Shown: one piece after another, positions 31,040 to 41,295 of the stretch
Layout: every line of letters starts with the position of its first letter
How positions within the stretch are numbered: position 1 is the first letter of the stretch
Made by a program: the position numbers and the translations under genes
Source: Gammaproteobacteria bacterium
GTDB taxonomy: Bacteria > Pseudomonadota > Gammaproteobacteria > Eutrophobiales > Eutrophobiaceae
Assembly (NCBI GenBank): GCA_965116495.1
Contig: OZ220696.1
Coordinates: forward strand, 3,968,001 to 4,032,000
Length of the DNA: 64,000 nt
Direction of reading: 5' to 3'
Notes under the pieces: generated by a model
Told to the model about the DNA's origin: nothing
What the model saw: the letters and a program-made list of their open reading frames with translations, nothing else
Database searches by the model: none

Positions 31040-32766
31040 TGTCAGAGAAGAATAAACCCGGGTTGCGATCCGGCATTACCACCAGGGGACTGACCCGTTC
31101 GCCCCACCGCGCATTCTTGCGCGGCATGGGCCTGGGTGATGATGATTTTGATAAACCATTCATCGGCGTTGTGACAACTGCGGGAGAAACCACCCCGTGT
31201 AATATGAACCTGTCGCAACAGGCACAGGCCGCCAAGTCCGGCATCACCGACGCCGGAGCGGTAGCGCGTGAATTCACGACCATATCGGTTGCCGACAGCA
31301 TGTCCATGAATCACCAGGGGATGCGCTTTTCCCTGATTGGACGTGAATTGATCGCCGACAGTATCGAAGCGGTAATGCGCGGCCACGCTTACGACGGCCT
31401 GGTCGGATTTGCCGGCTGTGACAAGACATTGCCCGGCATCATGATGGCCATGGCGCGCTGTAATTCACCTGCGGTGTTTATATATGGCGGCAGTACCCTG
31501 CCCGGGAACCTGCACGGACAGGAAGTTACCATCCTGGACGTAACAGAAGGCGTAGGCGCCGTACTTGCGGGAGAAATGACGCGGGCACACCTGGATAAAC
31601 TGGAACAATGCAGTATTCCCACTATCGGGTCCTGTCCCGGGCAATTTACCGCAAATACCATGGGTATGGTGTCCGAGGCGCTGGGCCTTGCGCCGCCTGA
31701 TTCTTCCGTAATCCCGGCGGTATATGAAGCGCGTGAAGCCCTGGCGTACAGGGCGGGGGAAAGAGTGGTGGAGATATTGCAAAATGGCGGACCTTTACCG
31801 CGCGACCTGATCACTCGAAAAAGTCTGGAAAATGCCTGCGCAGTGGTGGCGGCTACGGGTGGGTCCACCAATGCTGCCTTGCATATTCCCGCGATTGCCC
31901 ACGAAGCCGGCATCCGTTTCAGCCTTGATGACATGGCAGAAAAACTGCAAAGCACGCCGTTGATCGCCGACATGAAGCCGGGCGGGAAATATCTGGCGAA
32001 GGATGTGCACCATGCCGGAGGCGTATCGATTATATTAAAAATACTACTGGATGGCGGATACCTGCATGGAGACTGCCTGACCATAGACGGCACAAGTTTA
32101 ACTGAACAGCTTCGAGGTGCAGGAGAAGCCGACGGCCGGGTCGTCAGGCCGCTCACCGCCCCGTTGTCGACGGCCGGCGGCCACGTAGTGTTGAAAGGTA
32201 ATCTTTGCCCTGACGGCGCGCTGCTGAAGGTTGCCGGCCTCAATTCGTTGTTCTTTGAAGGGCCTGCGCTTGTTTTTGAAAGCGAGGAGGAGTGTATGAA
32301 GGCAGTCAGCCGGCAAACCCGTGTAGAGGGTTCTGTCATCGTGATTCGCAACGAAGGACCCAGGGGCGGGCCGGGCATGCGCGAAATGCTGGGTGTTACT
32401 TCGTTGATTTATGGCAAGGGGCTTGGAGAGAAAATCGCATTATTGACTGACGGCCGGTTTTCCGGCGCGACACGGGGGATTTGTGTTGGACATATTGCCC
32501 CCGAAGCGGCTGATGGCGGCGCTGTTGCGCTGATAAAAAATGGAGATCGAATTCGTATCGACATAAACAGGAGAACTCTCGATCTCCTGATATCCAATGA
32601 TGAACGGCAGCGACGTGCTGAACAATGGCGCCCCCCCGATGATTCCCATCTGGCAGGCGTGTTGCAGAAATATGCAGCCCAGGTTGGTCCCGCACATCTC
32701 GGCGCCGTTACCCATCGCGGCAACGTCCATTGGCCGGTGGAAGAGGTACAGGCTTATGACGGATAA
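31039..32766 (+). CDS. IlvD/Edd family dihydroxy-acid dehydratase
   Basis: [37 protein letters not shown]; ATG overlaps the sulfatase stop. Confidence 0.92.
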   Translation: MSEKNKPGLRSGITTRGLTRSPHRAFLRGMGLGDDDFDKPFIGVVTTAGETTPCNMNLSQQAQAAKSGITDAGAVAREFTTISVADSMSMNHQGMRFSLIGRELIADSIEAVMRGHAYDGLVGFAGCDKTLPGIMMAMARCNSPAVFIYGGSTLPGNLHGQEVTILDVTEGVGAVLAGEMTRAHLDKLEQCSIPTIGSCPGQFTANTMGMVSEALGLAPPDSSVIPAVYEAREALAYRAGERVVEILQNGGPLPRDLITRKSLENACAVVAATGGSTNAALHIPAIAHEAGIRFSLDDMAEKLQSTPLIADMKPGGKYLAKDVHHAGGVSIILKILLDGGYLHGDCLTIDGTSLTEQLRGAGEADGRVVRPLTAPLSTAGGHVVLKGNLCPDGALLKVAGLNSLFFEGPALVFESEEECMKAVSRQTRVEGSVIVIRNEGPRGGPGMREMLGVTSLIYGKGLGEKIALLTDGRFSGATRGICVGHIAPEAADGGAVALIKNGDRIRIDINRRTLDLLISNDERQRRAEQWRPPDDSHLAGVLQKYAAQVGPAHLGAVTHRGNVHWPVEEVQAYDG

Positions 32767-33646
32767 CACCACCCTGGGCTTTATCGGCACCGGCAAGATG
32801 GGTAAGCCCATGGTGTTGCGTCTGCTTGATGCAGGACGGAGAGTGGTAGCGTATAACCGGAGCGCGGCAAAGCTTGAAGAACTTGGCGCTGCCGGCGCCC
32901 GGATTGCCGACACCCCTGCTGAAGTAACGGCCAGTACCGATGTAGTTATGTTATGCCTGACTGATGGTGTTGCGGTAGAGCAGGTCGTACTTGGCGCCCA
33001 GGGAATTATCAAAACTGCCGGCGAAGACAAACTGGTGATCGATTTTTCCAGTATATCGCCTCAGGACACCCTGCGCATCGCAACGCAATTGCACCAGGAA
33101 ACAGGTATGCGCTGGATAGATGCCCCGGTATCGGGGGGTGTAAGTGGAGCGCAACAGGGCAAGCTGGTGATCATGTGCGGTGGTGAGAAAGCTGATGTTG
33201 ATTATGCCCGTCCTGTTTTTGCGCTGCTCAGCCAACGGATCACACACATGGGTCCGACCGGCTGCGGGCAGGCCACCAAGCTGTGTAACCAGGTGATTGT
33301 CAGTTGCAATCTCGCGGTGATCGCCGAGGCTATCAATCTTGCCAGCAATGCCGGGATCGATGCAGAGCGAATACCTGACGCGTTACAGGGTGGTTGGGCA
33401 GACTCCCTGCCGTTACAAATTTACGGACCGCGCATGGCGGCCGAACATGGCGCAGAGAAAATCGGTGAGATATATACCATGCTCAAGGATGTCAGGAATG
33501 CCTTGCAGTTTGCACAGTCCCTGGATACCCCGTTACCCATGACCGGCGCCGCGCAGGAAATTTATAACTTCGTCGCGGATAAGGGCTATTTACACGCAGA
33601 CGCCGAAAACCTGATGAGACAATTCGATAAAGAGGACGGGGATTGA
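32756..33646 (+). CDS. beta-hydroxyacid dehydrogenase (tartronate semialdehyde reductase/3-hydroxyisobutyrate dehydrogenase family)
   Basis: [21 protein letters not shown]. Confidence 0.9.
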   Translation: MTDNTTLGFIGTGKMGKPMVLRLLDAGRRVVAYNRSAAKLEELGAAGARIADTPAEVTASTDVVMLCLTDGVAVEQVVLGAQGIIKTAGEDKLVIDFSSISPQDTLRIATQLHQETGMRWIDAPVSGGVSGAQQGKLVIMCGGEKADVDYARPVFALLSQRITHMGPTGCGQATKLCNQVIVSCNLAVIAEAINLASNAGIDAERIPDALQGGWADSLPLQIYGPRMAAEHGAEKIGEIYTMLKDVRNALQFAQSLDTPLPMTGAAQEIYNFVADKGYLHADAENLMRQFDKEDGD

Positions 33647-33659
33647 GTTATACACTGCC

Positions 33660-34430
33660 ATGCCCAGGTTTTCAGTCAATATCAGTATGATGTTCGGGGA
33701 GTTGCCGTTCCCGGATAGATTTGCCGCTGCCGCTGCTGCCGGTTTCACCGGCGTGGATATCCAGTTTCCCTACGATTATCCTGCTGCACAGCTTGCGGAT
33801 CGGGCCCGGGACGCAAATGTGTCCATTGTTCTCATTAATGCGCCCGGTGGCGATCAATCCCGTAAGGAACCCGGCATCGCCTGTCGATCCGAGCGGGTGG
33901 AGGAATTCAGGGAAGGCATCGGGATTGCGTGTGAGTACGCGCAAATCCTGCAGTGCTCGCGGGTCAACATCCTGGCCGGCAGGGCTGGCGGCGATCCCGA
34001 CGCGAACCATGCCACTTTAGTGGATAACCTTGCATATGGTTCGGATATGCTGGCCCGGATCAATGCCCGGGCATTAGTGGAACCGATCAACGGTATCGAT
34101 GTTCCCGGCTATGTTGTACAGACTACGGCAGGTGCGGTTGACTGCATCAGGGAAGTGCGGCGGGAAAACCTGAAATTGCAATTCGATATTTATCACCGCC
34201 ATGTGTCTGAAGGGAATGTAATCGATGCGTTTACGGAATTTGCTCCAATAATCAGTCATATACAGTTTGCCGACGCTCCCGGCCGGCACCAGCCCGGGAC
34301 GGGCGCCATCAATTTTTCCGATATCTTCGATAAAATTGACGAGAGCGGCTATTCGGGGTGGGTCGGAGCGGAGTATATACCCACTCACGATACGGTTGGC
34401 AGTCTCGATTGGTTCCGGGACCGGTCATAA
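33660..34430 (+). CDS. hydroxypyruvate isomerase family (Hyi/OtnI)
   Basis: FSVNISMMF, VEPIN, FDIYH, HIQFADAPGRHQPGTG, GAEY. Confidence 0.9.
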   Translation: MPRFSVNISMMFGELPFPDRFAAAAAAGFTGVDIQFPYDYPAAQLADRARDANVSIVLINAPGGDQSRKEPGIACRSERVEEFREGIGIACEYAQILQCSRVNILAGRAGGDPDANHATLVDNLAYGSDMLARINARALVEPINGIDVPGYVVQTTAGAVDCIREVRRENLKLQFDIYHRHVSEGNVIDAFTEFAPIISHIQFADAPGRHQPGTGAINFSDIFDKIDESGYSGWVGAEYIPTHDTVGSLDWFRDRS

Positions 34431-34453
34431 CCAATGAACATGAGGGAATACGT

Positions 34454-35356
34454 ATGAAACTTGTTACTTTCACCCACTTGCAACGAACCCGCATCGGCGT
34501 TGTGGTTGACGATATGGTGGTCGACCTGTCACTCAGTGCGCCGGAATTGCCGCCGACCATGGTCGGGTTTCTTGAGGCAGGCGCGGCAGCGATGGAAAGA
34601 GCGAAATCCGTGTCAACAGGCACAACCGGCAAAATACCGCTGGCGGATGTACGGCTGGAAGCGCCTGTTCCCAATCCGGGGAAGTTTCTGGGTATCGGGG
34701 GTAATACAAAATCGCACCTTGAGGAAGTAAAAGCTGCCGGCATACCATTGAGATTTTCAGCCTATCAAACCTGGTTCAATAAACAGGTAACCTGCATTAA
34801 CGGGCCTTACGGTGATATTCACATGCCGGATGTGTCATCGGAACTGGATTATGAAGGGGAGATGGCCATGGTTATAGGCAAACGTTGCCGCAACGTCCCG
34901 AAGGAGGACGCGTATGGCGTAGTCGCAGGTTATACCATCTGCAATGATGTCAGCGTCCGTGACTGGCAGTTACGCGCGCCGACCACCACTCTCGGGAAAT
35001 CATTTGATACGCATGGCCCCGTCGGTCCATGGATTGTGACAACGGACGAAATACCGGACCCCCATAATCTGGCACTGAAAACATGGGTCAATGGAGAAAT
35101 CCGGATGGACGGCAGGACCGATGAGTTCCTGCACAACTGTGACGAAATGATCGCTGAGCTATCGTCCGTGTTTACCCTGGAGCCGGGCGATATCCTCACC
35201 ACCGGTTCGCCGGCAGGCGTTGGCGCATTGATGGACCCGCCACAATTCCTGGCGGTCGGGGACGTTGTGCGCGTTGAGGTGGAAGGTATCGGCGTGATCG
35301 AGAACAGGGTAATACCAGCGCCGCGAGATTATGTTTACAAACCCCTGGTGAGATGA
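34454..35356 (+). CDS. fumarylacetoacetate hydrolase family protein
   Basis: LDYEGEM, NDVSVRDWQ, GKSFDT, GDILTTGSP. Confidence 0.92.
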   Translation: MKLVTFTHLQRTRIGVVVDDMVVDLSLSAPELPPTMVGFLEAGAAAMERAKSVSTGTTGKIPLADVRLEAPVPNPGKFLGIGGNTKSHLEEVKAAGIPLRFSAYQTWFNKQVTCINGPYGDIHMPDVSSELDYEGEMAMVIGKRCRNVPKEDAYGVVAGYTICNDVSVRDWQLRAPTTTLGKSFDTHGPVGPWIVTTDEIPDPHNLALKTWVNGEIRMDGRTDEFLHNCDEMIAELSSVFTLEPGDILTTGSPAGVGALMDPPQFLAVGDVVRVEVEGIGVIENRVIPAPRDYVYKPLVR

Positions 35357-36453
35357 GTTCAACGATTGGTACGATGCGTGCGGTAAAGGTCGAACGCTAC
35401 GGTCCGGCAGAAGATGTATTGGTACTTTCAACAGATACGCCTGTCCCACAACCCGCTGATGATGAAATCCTGGTAAAAGTCCATGCTACAGCGATTAATC
35501 CGGTGGATTGCGTGGCGCGTAACGGATACGGCCGGAACATTTTCTCAACGCTCTGGGGAGAACTGCCGCTGATCCTGGGCAGGGACATCTCCGGCGTCGT
35601 GACGGACATTGGCCGCAATGTATCGCAGTTTTCTCCGGGCGATGAGGTCTATGCAGCGCCCCATATCGGCTGCTATGCGGAGTACGCAACAGTCAAGGCT
35701 GAACGTGCCGCCTTGAAGCCCCGTAATATCAGCCACCGGGAAGCTGCATCCCTGCCGTTTGTTGCGCTTACGACCTGGACGGCCCTGGTCGATAAGGCAG
35801 GCCTGAATGCCGGCAACTGTGCCGGCCGCAAAATTGTAATAGCCCGGGCAGCCGGTGGAGTAGGGAGCTTCGCAGTGCAGTTAATGAAGGCATGGGGAGC
35901 CCATGTCGCGGGTATTTGCAGTACGCGCAATGTAGAACTGGTAAAAAGCCTGGGGGCTGATGAAGTCGTTGATTATGGTAAGCAGGATTTTACCGAAGTG
36001 CTGGGTGACTTTGATGCCGCGTTTGACACTATCGGCAAGCCAGGTGATTTTGAAGCTATGAACGGCAAAGGTCACATAAAAGAGGTCGAAGACGACTTCG
36101 ACGAAAAGTTGCTCAGTGTTCTGAAACAGAATGCCGACGCGGCATACGTTACTATCTGCTCACCGAAAATGGTGCTTACAGACCGGTATGGTCTGGAAGA
36201 AGGCATCCGCATCGCTGACAAACTATTCCAACAGCGTGCTGAGCCACAGCGACAACTCGGACGACGCTATTTCTGGTCTTTTTTTAATCCCAATGGCCAG
36301 GCGCTGGCGGAAATTGCCGGTCTGATTGAAGCGAACAAGATTCGTCCGGTGATTGACAGGGTTTACGCTCTGGAAGACATGGTTGCCGCCCACAATTACT
36401 GTGAGACCGGCCTGGCACAGGGGAAGATCGTAATTGATATCAGCGGTGACTGA
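35353..36453 (+). CDS. MDR-superfamily NADPH:quinone oxidoreductase-like protein (RTN4IP1-like)
   Basis: AINPVD, LGRDISG, AAGGVGSFAVQL, GKIVI. Confidence 0.88.
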   Translation: MSSTIGTMRAVKVERYGPAEDVLVLSTDTPVPQPADDEILVKVHATAINPVDCVARNGYGRNIFSTLWGELPLILGRDISGVVTDIGRNVSQFSPGDEVYAAPHIGCYAEYATVKAERAALKPRNISHREAASLPFVALTTWTALVDKAGLNAGNCAGRKIVIARAAGGVGSFAVQLMKAWGAHVAGICSTRNVELVKSLGADEVVDYGKQDFTEVLGDFDAAFDTIGKPGDFEAMNGKGHIKEVEDDFDEKLLSVLKQNADAAYVTICSPKMVLTDRYGLEEGIRIADKLFQQRAEPQRQLGRRYFWSFFNPNGQALAEIAGLIEANKIRPVIDRVYALEDMVAAHNYCETGLAQGKIVIDISGD

Positions 36454-36524
36454 TACCGATTATAGTTACGGAAGCTCTGACTTATTCAGAGGTTCCTTAT
36501 CCAATTCACACCAAGGTATTAACA

Positions 36525-37133
36525 ATGGAAAAATTTAAAGCAAAACTGGCAGTTCCTGCCAAACAACGGGGTAAAATCGCCCCGATTAGAATGTCCCATA
36601 TCGTGATCAATACCCATCCCGGCAATTACGAGAATATGGTTGACTGGTATATGAAAGTGTTTGAAGCGGAGATTGCTTACGCCAATGACGATGTTGCATT
36701 TCTCGGGTTTGATGAAGAACATCATCGCATCGCCATCGCGTCGGTGCCGCACGTAGTCAAACCACGGGATCAGTCCTGGGGACTGAATCATTTTGCCTTT
36801 ACTATGGAAGACCTTGAGCAGTTATTATTTACCTATGAACGTCTGAAAAGCGAAGGTATTGAACCGTATTGGCCAATTCTTCATGGTCCTACGACATCTT
36901 TATATTATAAGGACCCTGATCTGAACCGCGTGGAATTGCTGTGCGACAACCTTTCCGGTGAAGAGTTACTGGAGTTTTTCACGTCCGGCGCCTTTGACGA
37001 GAATTTCATGGGAATCATATTTGACCCGGATGAAATGTGCGCACAACTGAAGGCCGGCGTTCCCAAAGAGGAACTGACAAGCCGGGACAAGTTGCCGGAA
37101 GGAAAGACGCCATGGGATATGTATCGTGAATAA
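36525..37133 (+). CDS. VOC-family protein, single-domain extradiol-dioxygenase-like
   Basis: SHIV, DEEHHRIA, LNHFAF, HGPTTSLYYKDPD..RVE. Confidence 0.82.
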   Translation: MEKFKAKLAVPAKQRGKIAPIRMSHIVINTHPGNYENMVDWYMKVFEAEIAYANDDVAFLGFDEEHHRIAIASVPHVVKPRDQSWGLNHFAFTMEDLEQLLFTYERLKSEGIEPYWPILHGPTTSLYYKDPDLNRVELLCDNLSGEELLEFFTSGAFDENFMGIIFDPDEMCAQLKAGVPKEELTSRDKLPEGKTPWDMYRE

Positions 37134-37134
37134 C

Positions 37135-37293
37135 AGAGGCCGGGGCGTGGCGGTGGTCCAGTTTGTTGGTGATTATGAGAAGGCGGAGGAAGAGCGGGAA
37201 TTCATGCGCGCGGTAGTCGCGGGTCTTTCGGACCTGGAGGCAGGGCGTGAAGTATCCCTCGACGATGCCAGGGCGCGACTTGGCCTGATATAA
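37135..37293 (+). pseudogene. C-terminal remnant of a Phd/YefM-type antitoxin
   Basis: manual translation RGRGVAVVQFVGDYEKAEEEREFMRAVVAGLSDLEAGREVSLDDARARLGLI*; no N-terminus and no following toxin. Confidence 0.65.
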
Positions 37294-37354
37294 CCTCACT
37301 GTTAATTTGATTGAATCGAGTCACCATTTTCATGGTGGCCGGAACAACGCAATC

Positions 37355-38488
37355 TCAACAGAACACCGTCAATACACCCGTGTACCCGTACAACCTGTTA
37401 TGGAAAATCTCCCCGTTGGCAAAAAAACCCACCAGGGGCAGGTCGCCCAGTTCGGCGCGGATCAGGTTCAGCTCTTCGGAGTCGGGGCCGAACTGGTAAC
37501 GGCCGCGGCCTGTGCAGGAGTAATAGACCGCTCCCCGGGGGGATGAGCTCATTCTGCCCTTGATGTCGGTCAGCATACGCTGCATGTCCTGCCTGGCGGT
37601 ATTGCCGTCGCGCCGGCAGAACATGACCTCGCTGCCTTCCGTGAGCAGTTGGCCCACGCCGAGGAGCCGGTTGGTTTCATCGATGCCGACCAGGTTGCGT
37701 ACTATGTAATCACTGGTATCGGAGCCGGGGATCGGGAAACCGGCGAATATGTAACCCGCCACCCGCTGCAGGTCCCTGGCTATCACTTCTCCCACGTCTT
37801 CCTTGAATACGTCCAGGGCAGGCCTATTGTCCAGTTCGATGACGATATTGCGCTCGCAGGTGGTGATGACGTGCCTGGAAGTAAAGGGCGTGCAGCCCTG
37901 AGTATGGCCTGTCGCCACGGGCACCTCGCTGGAGAACAGGACGCCGGATATGCCGCCGGATACGACGTTGTCGGCCACCTGTACATTCACGTCTGCGGAC
38001 GAACTCAGGCCACCTACGAAGAAAGCGTTGGGCACGTATTGCGCCAGGGACGAAATCAATGACGGCACCTGCATGTTGCCGGGGTCGCAGTGCAGGATGC
38101 CGAAGTAAAACTCATCGTTTTTCAGCCATTCACCGGCGCTGGTGATGAATCCGTCTATATCCCCGGTTTGTACTGGCAAGGTCCTGAACGCGGTATCGGG
38201 AAATTCCGCGAGCATGATGGTCAGGGCCGGCTGATCATAATATTCCTGCCCGGTGGCGCTCACCCCCAGGCCGACACTGCCGGACCAGTGTGTGACGCCG
38301 GTACGTTGCCGGAGGGTATCCAATATGATGTCGAGCTTCGGGATAAGGGTATGGGTGGCGTAGATAAAACCGAAGTTCGCGGAGTCGGGGACCTGGCCGA
38401 CCTGGTCCAGGCAATCTTTCACCAGTTGCCTGGGCGCCTGGTTACTGCTGTGTCCTGTCAGAAACTGTTGCATCGGTGGTTTTATCAT
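37355..38488 (-). CDS. FIST (NosP-like) signal-transduction domain protein
   Basis: VGGLSS, TQGC.P, YSCTGRG, GFFANGEI, LYGYTGVL. Confidence 0.88.
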   Translation of the reverse strand: MIKPPMQQFLTGHSSNQAPRQLVKDCLDQVGQVPDSANFGFIYATHTLIPKLDIILDTLRQRTGVTHWSGSVGLGVSATGQEYYDQPALTIMLAEFPDTAFRTLPVQTGDIDGFITSAGEWLKNDEFYFGILHCDPGNMQVPSLISSLAQYVPNAFFVGGLSSSADVNVQVADNVVSGGISGVLFSSEVPVATGHTQGCTPFTSRHVITTCERNIVIELDNRPALDVFKEDVGEVIARDLQRVAGYIFAGFPIPGSDTSDYIVRNLVGIDETNRLLGVGQLLTEGSEVMFCRRDGNTARQDMQRMLTDIKGRMSSSPRGAVYYSCTGRGRYQFGPDSEELNLIRAELGDLPLVGFFANGEIFHNRLYGYTGVLTVFC

Positions 38489-38882
38489 TTGCGACCGGCA
38501 TTTTGTCCGTATCGGGTTGTATTGGCGCTGGGCTTATCCTTCCCTTACGCGTGCGTGTTGTGTTGTTGGCAATGCCGTAGTGCCGGGCGAGGTAATCGAT
38601 AATTACCGTCTCGGCCGCGCCGAGGTCCCATAAGCCGTGTTCCGCCTGCATCAGGCGGATGGTGTCTTCCCAGCCCTCTCTGTCCATCCTGTTCTGGGTC
38701 ACCAGTTTGGCTGAATGGCAAGCAGTGCAGTGTGCATTGGTCAGCTTCCAGCCGCCATCGATAACGAAACCGCTGGCCTGGTCCCGGGGTTTGTCTTCGG
38801 CAAGAGAAGTACAAGGAGCCGCCAGGACGGAAACAAGCAAGACACATACGGTCAGGTAACGAAAACAGCGATACGGTGGCAT
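38442..38882 (-). CDS. monoheme cytochrome c, partner of the sulfite oxidase-family enzyme
   Basis: signal peptide, CTACH, W...IRLMQ..HGLW. Confidence 0.82.
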   Translation of the reverse strand: MPPYRCFRYLTVCVLLVSVLAAPCTSLAEDKPRDQASGFVIDGGWKLTNAHCTACHSAKLVTQNRMDREGWEDTIRLMQAEHGLWDLGAAETVIIDYLARHYGIANNTTRTRKGRISPAPIQPDTDKMPVANDKTTDATVSDRTQQ

Positions 38883-40153
38883 GAGTTGTTCAGGTACCCT
38901 TTCGGGTTCCAGCCGGGGATGACCATGGGTTGGGATGCCCCGTTTGAATCCACTGCCCGCGCCCAGACTTCATAGTAGCCCGTTGCAGGAAACCTTATCT
39001 CAGCATCCCAGTTCTGCCAGGCGAGCCGGTTCGCGGGAACCTGCAGGCCGGCCTGGCGCCAGGTGCGGCCGAAATCTATGGACAGATGTAATCCGGCAAC
39101 TTCCATGTCACCCGCCCAGGCATGGCCATGTACTGCCAGCGGTTGTTGCAGTGGGATTTTTGCGCCGTTCTGCGGAGAGGTTATCAACGATTTGATCGGC
39201 ATTGCTTCGATAATACACATGTCTTCATCCGCTACTTTTGTCCCCGGCGCGACCGGGTCGCAGGGCATGCGGTAGGACTTGCCCGTCATTTTCGGGCCAT
39301 CGTGGACGATGTTGCGGATGGCAATCCGCTCCAGCCATTTCCCGGAGGTTGAACCCGGCCATCCACCGAACACCAGGCGTAACGGAAAGCCGTTCATTCC
39401 GTGCAACGGTTCGCCGTTCATGCCCCAGGCGATCAGGGATTCCCCCTCCAGCGCCTTACTCATGGGTACGCCGCGGGAAATGGGTAGTTTACCCGGCTGC
39501 CCGCTCAGGTGAGCGTCAGCGCCGTAATAGCCGATATACACGGCATCGTCTTTAATCCCCGCGTCCTCCAGCACGTCCCTGAGCCGGACGCCGTTCCATT
39601 CCGGGCAGCCCACCGCACCCAGGGTCCACTGGTTGCCGGACGCGGGCGGGTCGAACTCGGCCCTGCCGTTACCGCCGCATTCGAGGGTTAATTGCAGGGT
39701 ATGGTTTTCAAAGCGCTGTTCCAGATCAGCGATAGTATAGGTTTTCGTCGTCCCAGCAGATTCGCCGTCGATGGTCAGGCTCCAGGTGTCAGGATCAACA
39801 CTACCTGGAGGAATACCGTTATTCCTGATAAATAACCGCTCGATGGGCGTAATATCGTCATTCAGTAAATGGGCCGGGGTCTCTGCGTTAAGAGGGCGGT
39901 CATTCAGCACCCGCAGGCCGTTTTTCCCTTCGATGACAAACGCCTCTTCAGTATCGGCGAAGACTGCCGGGATCAGTCCTGCCGGCATGGTGTGGTGATA
40001 GACTATTCCGGCACCGATGACGCCGGTTATACCGGCCAGTCCCTTAACGAAGCCACGGCGGGTCAGCGGGTCGGAGCGCCTGCCCCACAGCAGGTAATCC
40101 GCTCTTTCCGGATCAAGCCTGAACAATTCATGAATGCCGGTTTCTTTTTTCAT
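38852..40153 (-). CDS. sulfite oxidase family molybdoenzyme (SorA/SorT-like), Tat-exported
   Basis: TRRGFV twin-arginine motif, FIRNNG, LECGGNGR (Mo-Cys), GFPLR, GWNPKGY. Confidence 0.9.
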   Translation of the reverse strand: MKKETGIHELFRLDPERADYLLWGRRSDPLTRRGFVKGLAGITGVIGAGIVYHHTMPAGLIPAVFADTEEAFVIEGKNGLRVLNDRPLNAETPAHLLNDDITPIERLFIRNNGIPPGSVDPDTWSLTIDGESAGTTKTYTIADLEQRFENHTLQLTLECGGNGRAEFDPPASGNQWTLGAVGCPEWNGVRLRDVLEDAGIKDDAVYIGYYGADAHLSGQPGKLPISRGVPMSKALEGESLIAWGMNGEPLHGMNGFPLRLVFGGWPGSTSGKWLERIAIRNIVHDGPKMTGKSYRMPCDPVAPGTKVADEDMCIIEAMPIKSLITSPQNGAKIPLQQPLAVHGHAWAGDMEVAGLHLSIDFGRTWRQAGLQVPANRLAWQNWDAEIRFPATGYYEVWARAVDSNGASQPMVIPGWNPKGYLNNSCHRIAVFVT

Positions 40154-40249
40154 GACACAACCCGCTCGTTCTTTGAATTTCGTGGTTGAAAAATAATCAT
40201 GCATCATTAACACTATCCTTTCCAGTTAATTTTATGCGAGGCGCCAACC

Positions 40250-40705
40250 ATGAGTAATCCAAGAATGCCGGAAAACGTGCCTGATTTCGTTACGGAGCAC
40301 CTGGGCCGCTATCTTGACAGTAACGGGGAAGACGGACACATGTGGAATTCAGCGGGGTTGGGAGATCATGGTGAATGCCCCGCCTTGCTGTTGACAACCA
40401 TCGGGCGACGGTCAGGACAACCCATCATTACCCCGCTGATCTATGGCGAAGCCGGCGGCGCGTATGTCGTCGTAGCATCGAAAGGCGGCGCGCCGACCCA
40501 TCCGCACTGGTACCTGAACCTGGATGCCAATCCTGAAGTAGAAGTACAGATACGCGCCGAACGGTTCAAAGCCAGGGCCAGGACAGCGGCAGGAGACGAA
40601 CGCGCGCAACTGTGGGATATGATGCTTCCCATATACCCGACCTACACGGAACTGCAGGGCAGGACGGAGCGTGAGATTCCGGTAGTAGTCCTGGAAAAGG
40701 AATAG
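40250..40705 (+). CDS. deazaflavin (F420)-dependent nitroreductase/Ddn family protein
   Basis: LLLTTIGRRSG, VASKGGAPTHPHWYLNL.ANP, REIPVVVL. Confidence 0.9.
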   Translation: MSNPRMPENVPDFVTEHLGRYLDSNGEDGHMWNSAGLGDHGECPALLLTTIGRRSGQPIITPLIYGEAGGAYVVVASKGGAPTHPHWYLNLDANPEVEVQIRAERFKARARTAAGDERAQLWDMMLPIYPTYTELQGRTEREIPVVVLEKE

Positions 40706-40751
40706 ATCCGTATGTACAAGGGTCATTTCCCAACCTGTCAGGACAGGTAAC

Positions 40752-41018
40752 ATGACCACTGTCAATGAGAGCGCCGAGACATCCCTGGATGCGGCTGCGG
40801 GTATTGAGACTACCTACGCCATATCCGTTGGCGATACGTTCAACGGTATTCTTGACCGCAAGTTCGATGAAGACTGGGTAGGGATAGAACTGGAGCGGGG
40901 AAAAACCTACCGGATTACCCTATTGGGCCGCGGGACCGCCCCCGACAAGGCCGAAGACACCATCCTGCTTGAGGGTTTCGATATTGCCAACCTGGATGCG
41001 ACGGATTTTCTGTTCTGA
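40752..41018 (+). pseudogene. internally deleted PPC-domain/RTX-type secreted protein
   Basis: PPC-like N-part (DEDWVGIELERGKTYRITL) joined directly to a T1SS-like tail (ILLEGFDIANLDATDFLF). Confidence 0.6.
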
Positions 41019-41082
41019 GCGGGGCCGGCATCCGCGTCGCGGATGGACTCCGTAACGCATTATCTGTGCTAGTATAGGGGTT

Positions 41083-41192
41083 GCGGCCTGTGCTGGTCTC
41101 CCCGCGGCGCGAAGTTGTGAACCCCGTCAGGCCCGGAAGGGAGCAGCGGTAACAATGGATGCGGGCGCCGGGCCAAGAACAGTATGGGTCGC
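41083..41192 (+). ncRNA. ffs: 4.5S signal recognition particle RNA
   Basis: conserved domain IV TCAGGCCCGGAAGGGAGCAGC within a long hairpin closed by gcggcctgtgctg/cagtatgggtcgc; sits upstream of dnaX. Confidence 0.92.
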
Positions 41193-41295
41193 CTTATATC
41201 TTCGTGACAGGGGAGGCTTGTTGAAGGTACCGTGTGCGCCTTGTCAACCGGACTGTTTTTATATACCGAATTGAAACATTACTACACGCTTATCA

